From positions 3,078 through 67,077 of the forward strand of contig JAMQHL010000033.1 of the NCBI GenBank assembly GCA_025993795.1: 64,000 nt of DNA, in the 5' to 3' direction. A model generated the notes under the pieces. The model saw nothing but the letters and a program-made list of their open reading frames with translations, had not been told where the DNA came from and ran no database searches. The position numbers and the translations under genes are program-made. Source of the DNA: Planctomycetota bacterium. Lineage in GTDB: Bacteria > Planctomycetota > UBA8742 > UBA2392. Of this stretch, positions 55,656 through 64,000 are shown piece after piece (positions within the stretch are counted from its first letter, which is position 1; each line of letters opens with the position of its first letter).

Positions 55656-56195
55656 ATGCGGCGAGCATGCTTGCTCGTGATGCTGTGCGGTCTGGTCGGC
55701 GGCTGTGCGCTCTCGCGCCCCGTAACGCCAGTACCCAAGGGCGCGCCGGTTGCTGTTCTGCCTGTGAAGAACCTGTCGGGCGTGACACTCAACGTTCCTG
55801 AACTGTACATGGGCGACGCAGGCGAGAAGGCCGCCGGGCTTGAAATCGAAAAGATTGACCTGCGATTGCTCGCAGAAGCCGGCCTGGCGGCCCGGCTGGG
55901 TGCAACAGGCCACGAACCGACGGGCGGCGGGTATGAAGTTCACGCCGGGGTTTCGAAATTTGATATGACTGAATTGCGCCGGACAGGACGTATCAAGCTC
56001 GGGCTGGCGCTAATGGTCGTAGACGGCAAAACCCAAACAGTCATCGCGGAGTCTGAGGCTGAGCAGGAGTACCAGCTTCTGGATAAGCCGCCCGCAGAAA
56101 CCGGCATCATCGGCGAGCAACGCTTTGTCAGGCAGCGGCTTGAGATGTTCATGGAGGCGCTCGCACGTGAAGCATTGATCCTGGCCGGCCTTTAG
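55656..56195 (+). CDS. Lipoprotein, hypothetical (LpoB/CsgG-like small domain pattern)
   Basis: Trimmed to ATG 55656. Lipobox LCGLVGGC, followed by PVAVLPVKNLSG, typical of this class of periplasmic lipoproteins. Confidence 0.6.
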   Translation: MRRACLLVMLCGLVGGCALSRPVTPVPKGAPVAVLPVKNLSGVTLNVPELYMGDAGEKAAGLEIEKIDLRLLAEAGLAARLGATGHEPTGGGYEVHAGVSKFDMTELRRTGRIKLGLALMVVDGKTQTVIAESEAEQEYQLLDKPPAETGIIGEQRFVRQRLEMFMEALAREALILAGL

Positions 56196-56270
56196 GGGAC
56201 CCGGAACGGATGTCAGAATGGAAGCCATCGGGGTACGGATTAGCAGGACAATACGTATGAGGAGAGAACG

Positions 56271-57605
56271 ATGCGAATGACGATACTCGTTGCCTGCTGC
56301 GCGCTTGCCATAGCGGCGGCGTTTGCAGCGAACACGATCGCGGAACCACCGGCAGAGCCCAGCGGGCCGATGCTGACGCAAGCAGCCAAGTACGACGTTT
56401 CTGCGTCGCGGGACGCAATGGTCGAGAAGTCTGTCGCGTTCCTGAAGACACAATACAACAAGCCACCGTCGCCGGACGACCCGAGTGGGTTGTTGAGCGG
56501 CTGGGGTCCAAAGTCAATGAACGTTCCTTACACGGCACTGGTGCTGCACGGCCTTGTCGGCACGAAGGCCTGGAACGCCGACGACGCCATGATCAAAGAC
56601 AGCATGACCTGGCTGATTGAAAGCCAGGAAACCAGCGGCGGCTGGAGCTATATGCCGGGTATTGAGAAGCTCAAGGGCGTTCGCGCCGTCTACATCACCA
56701 GCATCTGCGCGCAATTGTTTGCGGACGTCGACAAGGCGGCAGCAGCCGGCAACCCCTGGAAAGGCAAGCTGGCCACGCACATCGCCTCGGCCCGTGACTA
56801 TTTGCGCCAGTCGCAGGTGGGCAATGCCGACGGCCCCGCCCCCGACTACAAGAAAGACAATGCGGGCTATGGTGGCTGGGCGTACAGCAAAGAAGAGATC
56901 GACAAGGCGGTGAAGAAAGGCGGCAAGCCGCCCGCGAACATGAGCACCAGCACCTTTGCCATCGATGCGCTGAAGGCATGCGGATTGAGCGAAGACGACC
57001 CGTTGTGGGAGCAGGCGCTTGTGTTTCTGAAGCGCAATCAGAACGCGGGCGAAGTGCAGGAAGAGGGCTTTGAAGCAGTGGACAAAGCCACCGGCAAGAA
57101 GATCAAGCCTGCCGAGAAGGGCAGCGACGATTACGGCGGCGCGGTGTACAGCGAAGAAACCAGCATGGCCGAAGGCAGCCAGGAGAACAAGGACGGCAGC
57201 GTCACGCTGTTCAGCTACGGCAGCATGACCTACAACCTGCTGCGCGCGTACCTGTTTGCCGGCCTGCCAAAGGACAGCCTTCCGGTCAAGCTGGCCTACG
57301 GCTGGATCCAGCGCAACTACACGCTGGAAAAGGTGCCCGGCTTCCGCGACGCCAAGCAGCACGAAATGGGCATCTACTACTATTATCTGAGCATGGCCAA
57401 GACGCTTGAGGCCTGGGGCGAAGATGTCGTGGAAGAGCCCGAACGCGGGTTCAAGCACGCCTGGCGCGAAGACCTGGTCAAGCAGTTTGCCAAGCGCCAG
57501 AAAGAAGACGGCTCGTGGGTGAACGCAGGCAACGACCGCTGGCAGGAAAACAGCCCGGTGCTTTGCACAGCCTACGCACTGAATGCTTTGCGCCACACGA
57601 AGTAG
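56271..57605 (+). CDS. Secreted prenyltransferase/squalene-oxidase-repeat (alpha/alpha toroid) protein
   Basis: 444 aa. GAGGAGAG SD. Signal peptide MRMTILVACCALAIAAAFA. Repeated Q..GGW.Y-type motifs (SQETSGGWSYMPG, NAGYGGWAYS, KEDGSWVN). Confidence 0.75.
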   Translation: MRMTILVACCALAIAAAFAANTIAEPPAEPSGPMLTQAAKYDVSASRDAMVEKSVAFLKTQYNKPPSPDDPSGLLSGWGPKSMNVPYTALVLHGLVGTKAWNADDAMIKDSMTWLIESQETSGGWSYMPGIEKLKGVRAVYITSICAQLFADVDKAAAAGNPWKGKLATHIASARDYLRQSQVGNADGPAPDYKKDNAGYGGWAYSKEEIDKAVKKGGKPPANMSTSTFAIDALKACGLSEDDPLWEQALVFLKRNQNAGEVQEEGFEAVDKATGKKIKPAEKGSDDYGGAVYSEETSMAEGSQENKDGSVTLFSYGSMTYNLLRAYLFAGLPKDSLPVKLAYGWIQRNYTLEKVPGFRDAKQHEMGIYYYYLSMAKTLEAWGEDVVEEPERGFKHAWREDLVKQFAKRQKEDGSWVNAGNDRWQENSPVLCTAYALNALRHTK

Positions 57606-57626
57606 CTGGATAGTGAATCAGTTTCG

Positions 57627-57662
57627 CAGCCCGCAGACCCCTGGTCTGCGGGCTGTTTTGTT
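57627..57662 (+). terminator. Rho-independent terminator (also sits just downstream of the convergent pfkA)
   Basis: CAGCCCGCAGACC-CCT-GGTCTGCGGGCTG stem followed by TTTTGTT. Confidence 0.8.
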
Positions 57663-57667
57663 GGCGC

Positions 57668-58696
57668 TCAGCCGAACAGCTCCGCCAGCCGCGCCCAAGC
57701 CTTGGTAACTCTCTTTTCCTTGCCGACGATATCCTTGAGTGCAACGGCTTTGACTTCGCGGCCCGCCAGGCCTGCCAGCATGCCACTCTGGCCGCCTTGC
57801 AGCAGGTCGTAGGCCTTGTCACTGACGCGAGTGGCCAGAATACGGTCACTGGCAACCGGGGCCGCGCTGCGTTGCAGGTAGCCCAGCGTTGTGTTGCGTG
57901 CGTCATAGCCCAGCCGCTCTTCGATCTCACGCGCGAGCATGGGCCCCACACCACCAAGCTTCGGGCGCCCGAGTTTGTCGCGTATGTTGCTTTTCGGGTC
58001 GATCACGCCGTCGCGGTCAAACGCGCCTTCGGCGATCACGATGATCGAATAGTTGCGCCCCCAGGTCGTGTGGCGGGTGCGGATCTTGTCGCAGACTTCG
58101 TCCACACTGAACGGAAACTCGGGGATCAACGCCAGGTCGGCCCCACCGGCGATTGCACTCTCGATCGCGATCCAGCCGACGTTGCGGCCCATTACCTCAA
58201 CGACCATCACCCGGTTGTGCGACTCGGCAGTGGCGCGCAGGTTATCAAGCGCGTGGGTACACATCTCGACAGCGGTCAGAAAGCCCACGGTCAGCTCGGT
58301 TCCGGCCAGGTCGTTGTCGATGGTCTTGGGTACGCCAACGCAGGGAAAGCCGCTGTCGGCGAGGATACTGGTTGCGATCTGCGAGCCGTTGCCGCCGACG
58401 ACGACCATGCCCTCGATGCCGTGCTTGGACAGTGCTGCCTTTGCAATCTCGGCGTCGCCGGGGGCAAGGAACAAGCGGGAGCGAGCCGAGCGCAGGATCG
58501 TGCCGGCGGTCTGCACAATGCCTGTCACGTCGTCTCGTGTAAGCAGCCGGACCTTGTCGGCCAGCAACCCGTCCCACGAGTCGAATATGCCCATCAGCTC
58601 AACGCCGTCATACAGACACCGGCGCGCAACCGTGCGGATGCAGGCGTTGGTGCCGGGCGCGTCACCGCCAGAAGTAATGATGCCGATGCGTTTCAT
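57668..58696 (-). CDS. pfkA: 6-phosphofructokinase (ATP-dependent type by motif)
   Basis: 342 aa with IGIITSGGDAPGTNA, VVVGGNGS and GVPKTIDNDL motifs. Confidence 0.9.
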   Translation of the reverse strand: MKRIGIITSGGDAPGTNACIRTVARRCLYDGVELMGIFDSWDGLLADKVRLLTRDDVTGIVQTAGTILRSARSRLFLAPGDAEIAKAALSKHGIEGMVVVGGNGSQIATSILADSGFPCVGVPKTIDNDLAGTELTVGFLTAVEMCTHALDNLRATAESHNRVMVVEVMGRNVGWIAIESAIAGGADLALIPEFPFSVDEVCDKIRTRHTTWGRNYSIIVIAEGAFDRDGVIDPKSNIRDKLGRPKLGGVGPMLAREIEERLGYDARNTTLGYLQRSAAPVASDRILATRVSDKAYDLLQGGQSGMLAGLAGREVKAVALKDIVGKEKRVTKAWARLAELFG

Positions 58697-58718
58697 AGTT
58701 CGCGGTGAGTGTGTCTCA

Positions 58719-59750
58719 TCATGTGTTGAACTCTGGTTTCAAGCCATCCTGCGTTGCCAGCATCACAATCAGGTCCGCTACACGGTTGCTGTAGCCCCAT
58801 TCGTTGTCGTACCAGCCGATCAGCTTGACGAGGGTATCGTCAAGCACCTGCGTCAGCCCGGAGTCGAAAACGCAACTGTGGCTGTTGCCAATGATGTCGC
58901 TGCTGACGATCTCGTCTACGCAGTACTCCAGGTACGGCACCATCGGGCCTGCTGCGGCACTCCTGAACGCGGCGTTGACGCTTTCCACGCTTGCTTTGCG
59001 TTCAACTTCGCAGACCAGGTCAACAACGCTGCCGTCGGGCACCGGCACCCGCAGCGCCAGCCCGTCCAGCTTGCCATCCAGCTCGGGCAGTACCTTGCCG
59101 ATGGCCTTGGCCGCGCCGGTGCTGGTCGGAATAATGTTCAGCGCCGCGTGGCGCGAACGCCGAAAATCCCTGTGCGGCGTGTCGACAAGGCGCTGGTCGG
59201 CTGTGTAGGCGTGCACGGTGGTAAGCAATCCACGCTTGATACCGAAGGCATCGTGCAGGACCTTTGCCATCGGTGCGGCGCAGTTGGTGGTACAGCTTGC
59301 GTTGCTGATGATCCTGGCGTCTCTGGTAACCACGTGGTCGTTCACGCCAAGAACTACGGTGCTTTCAAGGTGGTCTTTTGTCGGCACCGTGACCAGTACG
59401 CGGCGCGCACCGGCGTCGAGATGGTGCTGCAACTCGGACAACTTGCGGAACTTGCCGGTGCTTTCGATGACGTAGTCGACACCTAGTTCTTTCCACGGCA
59501 GCTTTGCGGGGTCCTTCTCGCTGAGCACCTGAAACGGGTCACCGTCGATCGTAAGCGTGTTGCCCACGAGTTTGACCTCGCCGGGATACGTGCGATGCAC
59601 GCTGTCGTACTTGAAGTTGTAGGCCAGCGCCTCTGGCTCGGCCAGGTCGTTGATCGCCACAACGTCAAAGTGCCTGCGCAGCTTGGCAATGCGAATGATT
59701 GTGCGGCCGATGCGGCCAAAGCCATTGATCGCGATCTTTGGTGCGGGCAT
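58719..59750 (-). CDS. gap: Glyceraldehyde-3-phosphate dehydrogenase, type I
   Basis: 343 aa with INGFGRIGR and the active site SNASCTTNC. AGGAG SD upstream. Confidence 0.95.
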   Translation of the reverse strand: MPAPKIAINGFGRIGRTIIRIAKLRRHFDVVAINDLAEPEALAYNFKYDSVHRTYPGEVKLVGNTLTIDGDPFQVLSEKDPAKLPWKELGVDYVIESTGKFRKLSELQHHLDAGARRVLVTVPTKDHLESTVVLGVNDHVVTRDARIISNASCTTNCAAPMAKVLHDAFGIKRGLLTTVHAYTADQRLVDTPHRDFRRSRHAALNIIPTSTGAAKAIGKVLPELDGKLDGLALRVPVPDGSVVDLVCEVERKASVESVNAAFRSAAAGPMVPYLEYCVDEIVSSDIIGNSHSCVFDSGLTQVLDDTLVKLIGWYDNEWGYSNRVADLIVMLATQDGLKPEFNT

Positions 59751-59931
59751 GGGGTCTCCTTACCGTCTCTCATAGCAGTTGCAGCCGTGTTTGCGGCCCC
59801 TTGACAGCAGTTTCAAAGCATTTCGCCGGCCCCTTCATGCTTCAAGCATGTCCCGGCAGGAACTCCGCTACCTTGGCGCACCGACGGGGTTTCATCGCCG
59901 AAGGGTCCCGAAGTACAACCAGGAGATTTCC

Positions 59932-60303
59932 ATGAAATACGCACTGATATTGATCGCGATGGCTGCTCTTGCCATCGGCGGCGTGCAACTGAATGCGGCA
60001 CCAAACACCCCGTCGTTCGCACCCAGGGCCGGCAAGGGCGACGCGCGTCCAGGCAAACGCAAGAACGCCAAGCCCGAACACGGCAAACGTGCCGACAAGG
60101 GTGAGCCCAGGCGGGGGCAACGCGACGCCAAGCGGCGCGGGAATGACCGCGACGAGCGCAAGCGCGCGGGCAAGAATGGCAAACGCAAGGGCGACGACAG
60201 ACGCGCGGGCCGGGGCGAAAGGCGCGGCAAAGATGCCGGCAAGGGAAAACGCTGGCACCGGCACAAGGGCAAGCGCGGCCACCGCAGACACAACCGCCGC
60301 TAA
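59932..60303 (+). CDS. Small secreted, extremely Lys/Arg/Gly-rich (polycationic) protein, hypothetical
   Basis: 123 aa. AGGAG SD 7 nt upstream. Signal peptide MKYALILIAMAALAIGGVQLNA, then ...GKRKNAKPEHGKRADKGEPRRGQRDAKRRGNDRDERKRAGKNGKRKGDDRRAGRGERRGKDAGKGKRWHRHKGKRGHRRHNRR. Followed by a strong terminator. Confidence 0.7.
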   Translation: MKYALILIAMAALAIGGVQLNAAPNTPSFAPRAGKGDARPGKRKNAKPEHGKRADKGEPRRGQRDAKRRGNDRDERKRAGKNGKRKGDDRRAGRGERRGKDAGKGKRWHRHKGKRGHRRHNRR

Positions 60304-60314
60304 CACAATCGCAA

Positions 60315-60348
60315 AGAAAAGGCCCCCGCAACGCGGGGGCTCTTTTCT
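60315..60348. terminator. Bidirectional rho-independent terminator between the polycationic-protein gene and the peroxiredoxin gene
   Basis: GCCCCCGC-AAC-GCGGGGGC stem flanked by AGAAAAG on one side and CTCTTTTCT on the other. Confidence 0.8.
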
Positions 60349-60361
60349 TGCCAGGCAATGC

Positions 60362-60952
60362 CTACTTGTGTGACTTGGCAAGATACGCGCCGGTGCTGGC
60401 TGCGGTCGGCTTGATCGCTTCCGCGCCTTCGTCCCAATTTGCCGGGCAGACGTCGCCGTGCTGCTTGCTCCACTGGAATGCCTTCACGACGCGCAGGGTT
60501 TCCTTGACGCTGCGCCCGACATTCAGGGCGTTGACGGTCTGGTGCTGCAACACGCCGTCCGGGTCGATCAGGAACAAGCCGCGCAAGGCAACGCCCGCCT
60601 GCTCCAGCAGCACGCCGTAATCGCGCGAGATGTTCTTGGTCAGGTCGGAAAGAAGCGGGTAGCTGACACCGCCCAAGCCGCCCTTGGAAAGCTCCGTCTG
60701 GTTCCAGGCCAGGTGGCTGAACTTGCTGTCAACGCTGCACGCGATGACCTCTGTGTTGAGTTTCTTGAAGTCGGCGATGTGGTCGTTGAATGCGACGATT
60801 TCCGTGGGGCAGACGAACGTGAAGTCGAGCGGGTAGAAGAACAGCACGACCCACTTGCCTTTGAAGTCCGCGAGCTTGATCTGCTTGGTGTCCTTGCCGA
60901 TGACTGCGTCGCCACTGAAGTCGGGCGCCGGTGATCCAACCTGGATAGCCAT
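60362..60952 (-). CDS. Typical 2-Cys peroxiredoxin (AhpC/Prx1 subfamily)
   Basis: 196 aa. Peroxidatic Cys motif FYPLDFTFVCPTE and C-terminal resolving Cys region HGDVCPANW. Confidence 0.9.
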   Translation of the reverse strand: MAIQVGSPAPDFSGDAVIGKDTKQIKLADFKGKWVVLFFYPLDFTFVCPTEIVAFNDHIADFKKLNTEVIACSVDSKFSHLAWNQTELSKGGLGGVSYPLLSDLTKNISRDYGVLLEQAGVALRGLFLIDPDGVLQHQTVNALNVGRSVKETLRVVKAFQWSKQHGDVCPANWDEGAEAIKPTAASTGAYLAKSHK

Positions 60953-61176
60953 GATTCGTCCTCTCTGGTCTCAAGTACTTATTGGTGTTTCCGGCCACTG
61001 CCGTTCCGGTCTGAACGTCGGGACCGGGGATGATAATCCGCCTGACCCGGGTCTCAAGAAAGTTTTTCATACTCAGTATGAAATTAGGAGTGTCGGTAAA
61101 GGCACGCGGCCGCCCAGTCGCTTCCCCTTCCAACTTGCGTGCTTCCCTTCTACGGTGCGCGCCACAGGAGACGACC

Positions 61177-61647
61177 ATGGCGATTGAACGCACACTCATC
61201 CTTATCAAACCTGACGGCGTGCAGCGCGGCCTCATTGGTGATGTTCTGGGGCGGTTTGAGCGCACCGGCATGAAGATTGTCGGGCTCAAGCTGATGCAGA
61301 TGACACCTGACCTTGCGGCACAGCACTACAAAGACCACGTCGGCAAGGGTTTCTATGCCGGGCTGGTCAAGTTCATGACCAGCGCACCCCTCGTCGCGAT
61401 CTGCGTAGAGGGCCCCAAAGCCATCGACAATTGCCGCAAGCTGATGGGCAAAACCTTTTGCACTGACGCACAGGCCGGCACAATTCGCGGTGACTTTGGC
61501 GTTTCGCGTGGCCTGAACCTGGTTCACGGCAGTGACGGCCCCGAAGCGGCAGCCCGCGAACTCGGCCTGTTCTTCAAGGCCGGCGAGCTGGTCGAGTACA
61601 GCCGTGCCGTAGACGCATGGACCTGGAACGACGAAGACAGGGCGTGA
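61177..61647 (+). CDS. ndk: Nucleoside-diphosphate kinase
   Basis: Trimmed to ATG 61177 (AGGAG SD): MAIERTLILIKPDGVQRGLIG... Active-site region NLVHGSD. Confidence 0.9.
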   Translation: MAIERTLILIKPDGVQRGLIGDVLGRFERTGMKIVGLKLMQMTPDLAAQHYKDHVGKGFYAGLVKFMTSAPLVAICVEGPKAIDNCRKLMGKTFCTDAQAGTIRGDFGVSRGLNLVHGSDGPEAAARELGLFFKAGELVEYSRAVDAWTWNDEDRA

Positions 61648-62600
61648 ACTACCGTCAGGTCCTGACAGGCATCAACCGAGAGCTGGGTATTGGCGTGGCC
61701 GACGAAGTACACCTGATCACTTCATTGCCGACGCTCAAGAAGCGCGCGGACAGCATGCATAAAGGCGATGCCGGCCGCGTGTTCTGCGTTGCAGGCAGCG
61801 TCGGTATGGTCGGCGCTGCGGCGCTCTGTTCGCGCGCGGCATTGCGTGCCGGGGCCGGCGCGGTGCGCACCGGCATGCCCTGGCGACTTGCGGCTGTCGT
61901 GGCTGGGCGCGACCCCAATGTAATGACCAGCGCGTTGCCCGAAACCGAAGATGGCACCATCAGCGCCATGGCACCGCCAAAGATCCTGAAAGCAGCCGAG
62001 AAGTTTCACGTGATGCTGATCGGCCCGGGCATCAGCACCAACCCGCAAACCGTGCAGGCGGTGAAGAGCCTTTTGCCGGACGTGAACATCAGGCTGGTGA
62101 TCGACGCCGACGCGCTGAACGCAATTGCGCTGGACGACTGCAAATGCCTCAAGGGTGTTGATCGCACGGTGGGCTGGCCGATCCTGACGCCGCACCCCGG
62201 CGAAATGCGGCGCTTGCTGGGCAAGGATGCCCCCGGCGACCTGAAAGACGACCACGCCAACCGACTGAAGGTCGCCGCGAAGTTTGCGGCAAAGCACAAG
62301 GTTGTGCTGGTGCTTAAGGGCCACCAGACCGTTGTCACCGACGGGCGGCAGGCGTACGTGAACACGACCGGAAACCCCGGCATGGCCAAGGCGGGCGTCG
62401 GCGACGTGCTGGCCGGCGTGATCTCGGCCCTGCTGGCCCAGGGGCTGCCGCCGTTTGATGCCGCACAGCTTGGCGTTTACCTGCATGGGCTTGCAGGCGA
62501 CATGGTCCGCGACAGAATAGGCGAGATCGGAATTCTGGCCACAGACGTCGTCGAGGAACTGCCGGCGGCCATTCGCCGCCACCAGTCGGAGAACGCATGA
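61617..62600 (+). CDS. nnrD: ADP-dependent NAD(P)H-hydrate dehydratase (YjeF C-terminal domain type)
   Basis: HKGDAGRVFCVAGS, LTPHPGEMRRL and GNPGMAKAGVGDVLAG motifs. The start is either ATG 61617 (31-nt overlap with ndk) or GTG 61644 (GTGA overlap with the ndk stop). Confidence 0.8.
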   Translation: MDLERRRQGVNYRQVLTGINRELGIGVADEVHLITSLPTLKKRADSMHKGDAGRVFCVAGSVGMVGAAALCSRAALRAGAGAVRTGMPWRLAAVVAGRDPNVMTSALPETEDGTISAMAPPKILKAAEKFHVMLIGPGISTNPQTVQAVKSLLPDVNIRLVIDADALNAIALDDCKCLKGVDRTVGWPILTPHPGEMRRLLGKDAPGDLKDDHANRLKVAAKFAAKHKVVLVLKGHQTVVTDGRQAYVNTTGNPGMAKAGVGDVLAGVISALLAQGLPPFDAAQLGVYLHGLAGDMVRDRIGEIGILATDVVEELPAAIRRHQSENA

Positions 62601-63772
62601 GCACGCGCGAGACCGAGGACAAGTACCTCGTGCCCACGTACACAAAGATGCCCCTCACCGTGGTCAAGGGCGAAGACGTGTGGGTCATCGACGATATGGG
62701 CAACAGGTATCTCGACCTGTATGCCGGGCATGCCGTATGCAACATCGGCCACAGCCACCCCAAGCTGGTCAAGGCAATCACCGAGCAGGCCAAGAAGCTG
62801 ATCTTCTACAGCAACGCCGTTTACAACGACACTCGCGCTGAAGCCGCCGAAATGGTGGTGAAGAACGCGTACCCACACAGTGCAGCAGTCTTTTTCTGCA
62901 ACAGCGGCACCGAAGCCAATGAAACCGCGCTGAAAATCGCGCGCCGCGCCACCGGGCGGCCGCGCGTAGTTGCCATGGAAACTGGCTTTCACGGCCGCAC
63001 CGTCGGCGCGCTGAGCGTGACCGGAAAGCAGAAACTGAGGGACGACTTTCCCGAGAACCTGAGCCACATCACGGATTTCGTGCCACTGGGCGACTTCGAC
63101 ACACTGGAAGCGTTGATGGGGCCCGACGTTGCGGCCATCATTCTTGAGCCCGTGACCAGCGTCGGCGGTGTGCGCATCGCAAGCCGCAAGTATTACGACT
63201 CGTTGCGCGAACTCTGCGTCGGCAACGGTACTGCGCTGATCTTTGATGAAGTCCAGACCGGTTTCGGCCGCACCGGTGCGATGTTCGCCGGCATGCACTG
63301 GGATGTTGAACCCGACATCTGTACCAGCGCCAAGGGTGCCGGCGGGGGCTTTCCTGTCGGCATGGTGATCCTGAACGAGGCAATCGCCAACGCCCCGGCG
63401 CCCGGTGAACACGGATGTACATTCGGCGGCGGGCCGCTTGCGATGGCAGCGGTGATAGCAAACCTCGAAGTGATGCTTGCCGAAAAGCTTGTTGAGAACG
63501 CCGCAGCCATGGAAATCGTGGTGCGCGACGCCCTGGGTTCAATCCCGGAAGTACTGGCAGTGACCGGCAAGGGCCTGCTGCTCGGCATCGAGCTTGAGTG
63601 CCCGGCCAAGCCTGTGATTGAAAACCTGATGGAGCAGAAGATCATCGTGGGCGGCTGCGACCGGCCCAACATGATTCGCCTGCTGCCGCCACTGACGATC
63701 AAGGCCGAGCACGTCAAGACGTTTGCCGCAGCACTGGCTAATGCGTTGGCAGCCGTGAAACAGAGCGCGTAG
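62597..63772 (+). CDS. argD: Acetylornithine/class III aminotransferase
   Basis: 391 aa. ATGA overlap with nnrD. Motifs GHSHP, FFCNSGTEANE, DEVQTGFGRTG and the PLP-Lys region CTSAKGAGGGFP. Confidence 0.85.
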   Translation: MSTRETEDKYLVPTYTKMPLTVVKGEDVWVIDDMGNRYLDLYAGHAVCNIGHSHPKLVKAITEQAKKLIFYSNAVYNDTRAEAAEMVVKNAYPHSAAVFFCNSGTEANETALKIARRATGRPRVVAMETGFHGRTVGALSVTGKQKLRDDFPENLSHITDFVPLGDFDTLEALMGPDVAAIILEPVTSVGGVRIASRKYYDSLRELCVGNGTALIFDEVQTGFGRTGAMFAGMHWDVEPDICTSAKGAGGGFPVGMVILNEAIANAPAPGEHGCTFGGGPLAMAAVIANLEVMLAEKLVENAAAMEIVVRDALGSIPEVLAVTGKGLLLGIELECPAKPVIENLMEQKIIVGGCDRPNMIRLLPPLTIKAEHVKTFAAALANALAAVKQSA

Positions 63773-63781
63773 CTGTGTGCC

Positions 63782-64000
63782 CTACGGTGCCTCGACAAGC
63801 CGCGACGTCCGCTTAAGCAAGATCGGCGTCAGTTGCACGCCATCGTCAATGTGGGCACCCAGCAGTGTGCCGCTGGCTTTGATGTCGAGGTTGGCGAGTT
63901 CGAACTCTGCCGGCGACACTGGCTCGCCGCCTGTAAACACCGCATACATCAACGCGCTTCGACCCTTGATACTTACGCGCCCCTCATACAACTGGTCGGT
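63782..64000 (-). CDS. Hypothetical protein, C-terminal fragment (N-terminus beyond the right edge)
   Basis: The reading frame is open to the window edge (...TDQLYEGRVSIKGRSALMYAVFTGGEPVSPAEFELANLDIKASGTLLGAHIDDGVQLTPILLKRTSRLVEAP*). Moderate G/C third-position bias. No motif recognised. Confidence 0.4.
   Translation of the reverse strand, partial: TDQLYEGRVSIKGRSALMYAVFTGGEPVSPAEFELANLDIKASGTLLGAHIDDGVQLTPILLKRTSRLVEAP

Overview
GC-rich bacterial chromosomal segment (composition judged by eye, not computed), densely coding on both strands. About 57 credible protein genes and two tRNAs (Asn-GTT, Val-GAC). No rRNA, CRISPR array, transposase or prophage was seen. Many long ORFs in the six-frame track are antisense shadow ORFs typical of high-GC DNA and were discarded. 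Several track ORFs were trimmed to internal starts that have Shine-Dalgarno support. One edge-truncated gene missing from the track (1-424, minus strand) was added. Housekeeping content: hbd, maeB, ppk1-ppx, hutH, thiL, tsaE, selB, ybeY, xerC, ggt, pfkA, gap, ndk, nnrD, argD. There is a redox-stress theme: di-iron RIC/YtfE with its TetR regulator, katG, a 2-Cys peroxiredoxin, and an orphan BoxB-like di-iron oxygenase. A divergently organised exopolysaccharide locus spans 35.4-44.6 kb: Wza-like, PCP, UDP-glucuronate decarboxylase, Wzy-like, GT4, and an MBOAT plus SGNH-like acylation pair. Gene content suggests, by inference only, a PVC-type (Planctomycetota or Verrucomicrobiota-like) organism: a pseudopilin-domain protein, a secreted prenyltransferase/squalene-oxidase-repeat protein, a tricorn-like protease, and FHA and TPR proteins. 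Items most worth a second look: (1) a visibly lower-GC ~3-kb island holding three tandem paralogues of a secreted IPT/TIG protein; each ends in a conserved Cys-containing motif, a TM helix and an Arg-cluster tail that I cannot assign to a named sorting-signal family, and the copies show mosaic near-identity; (2) a secreted protein made of four tandem GspG-like pseudopilin head domains with no prepilin leader; (3) a ~600-bp ORF-free interval packed with short GC hairpins that ends in a purine tract with eight GGA motifs (CsrA-sponge-like); (4) a signal-peptide-bearing, extremely Lys/Arg-rich small protein; (5) an orphan BoxB-like oxygenase between a TetR gene and katG, with a perfect 12-bp-arm palindrome just upstream of katG. 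All family assignments rest on motif recognition by eye; no database search was run.
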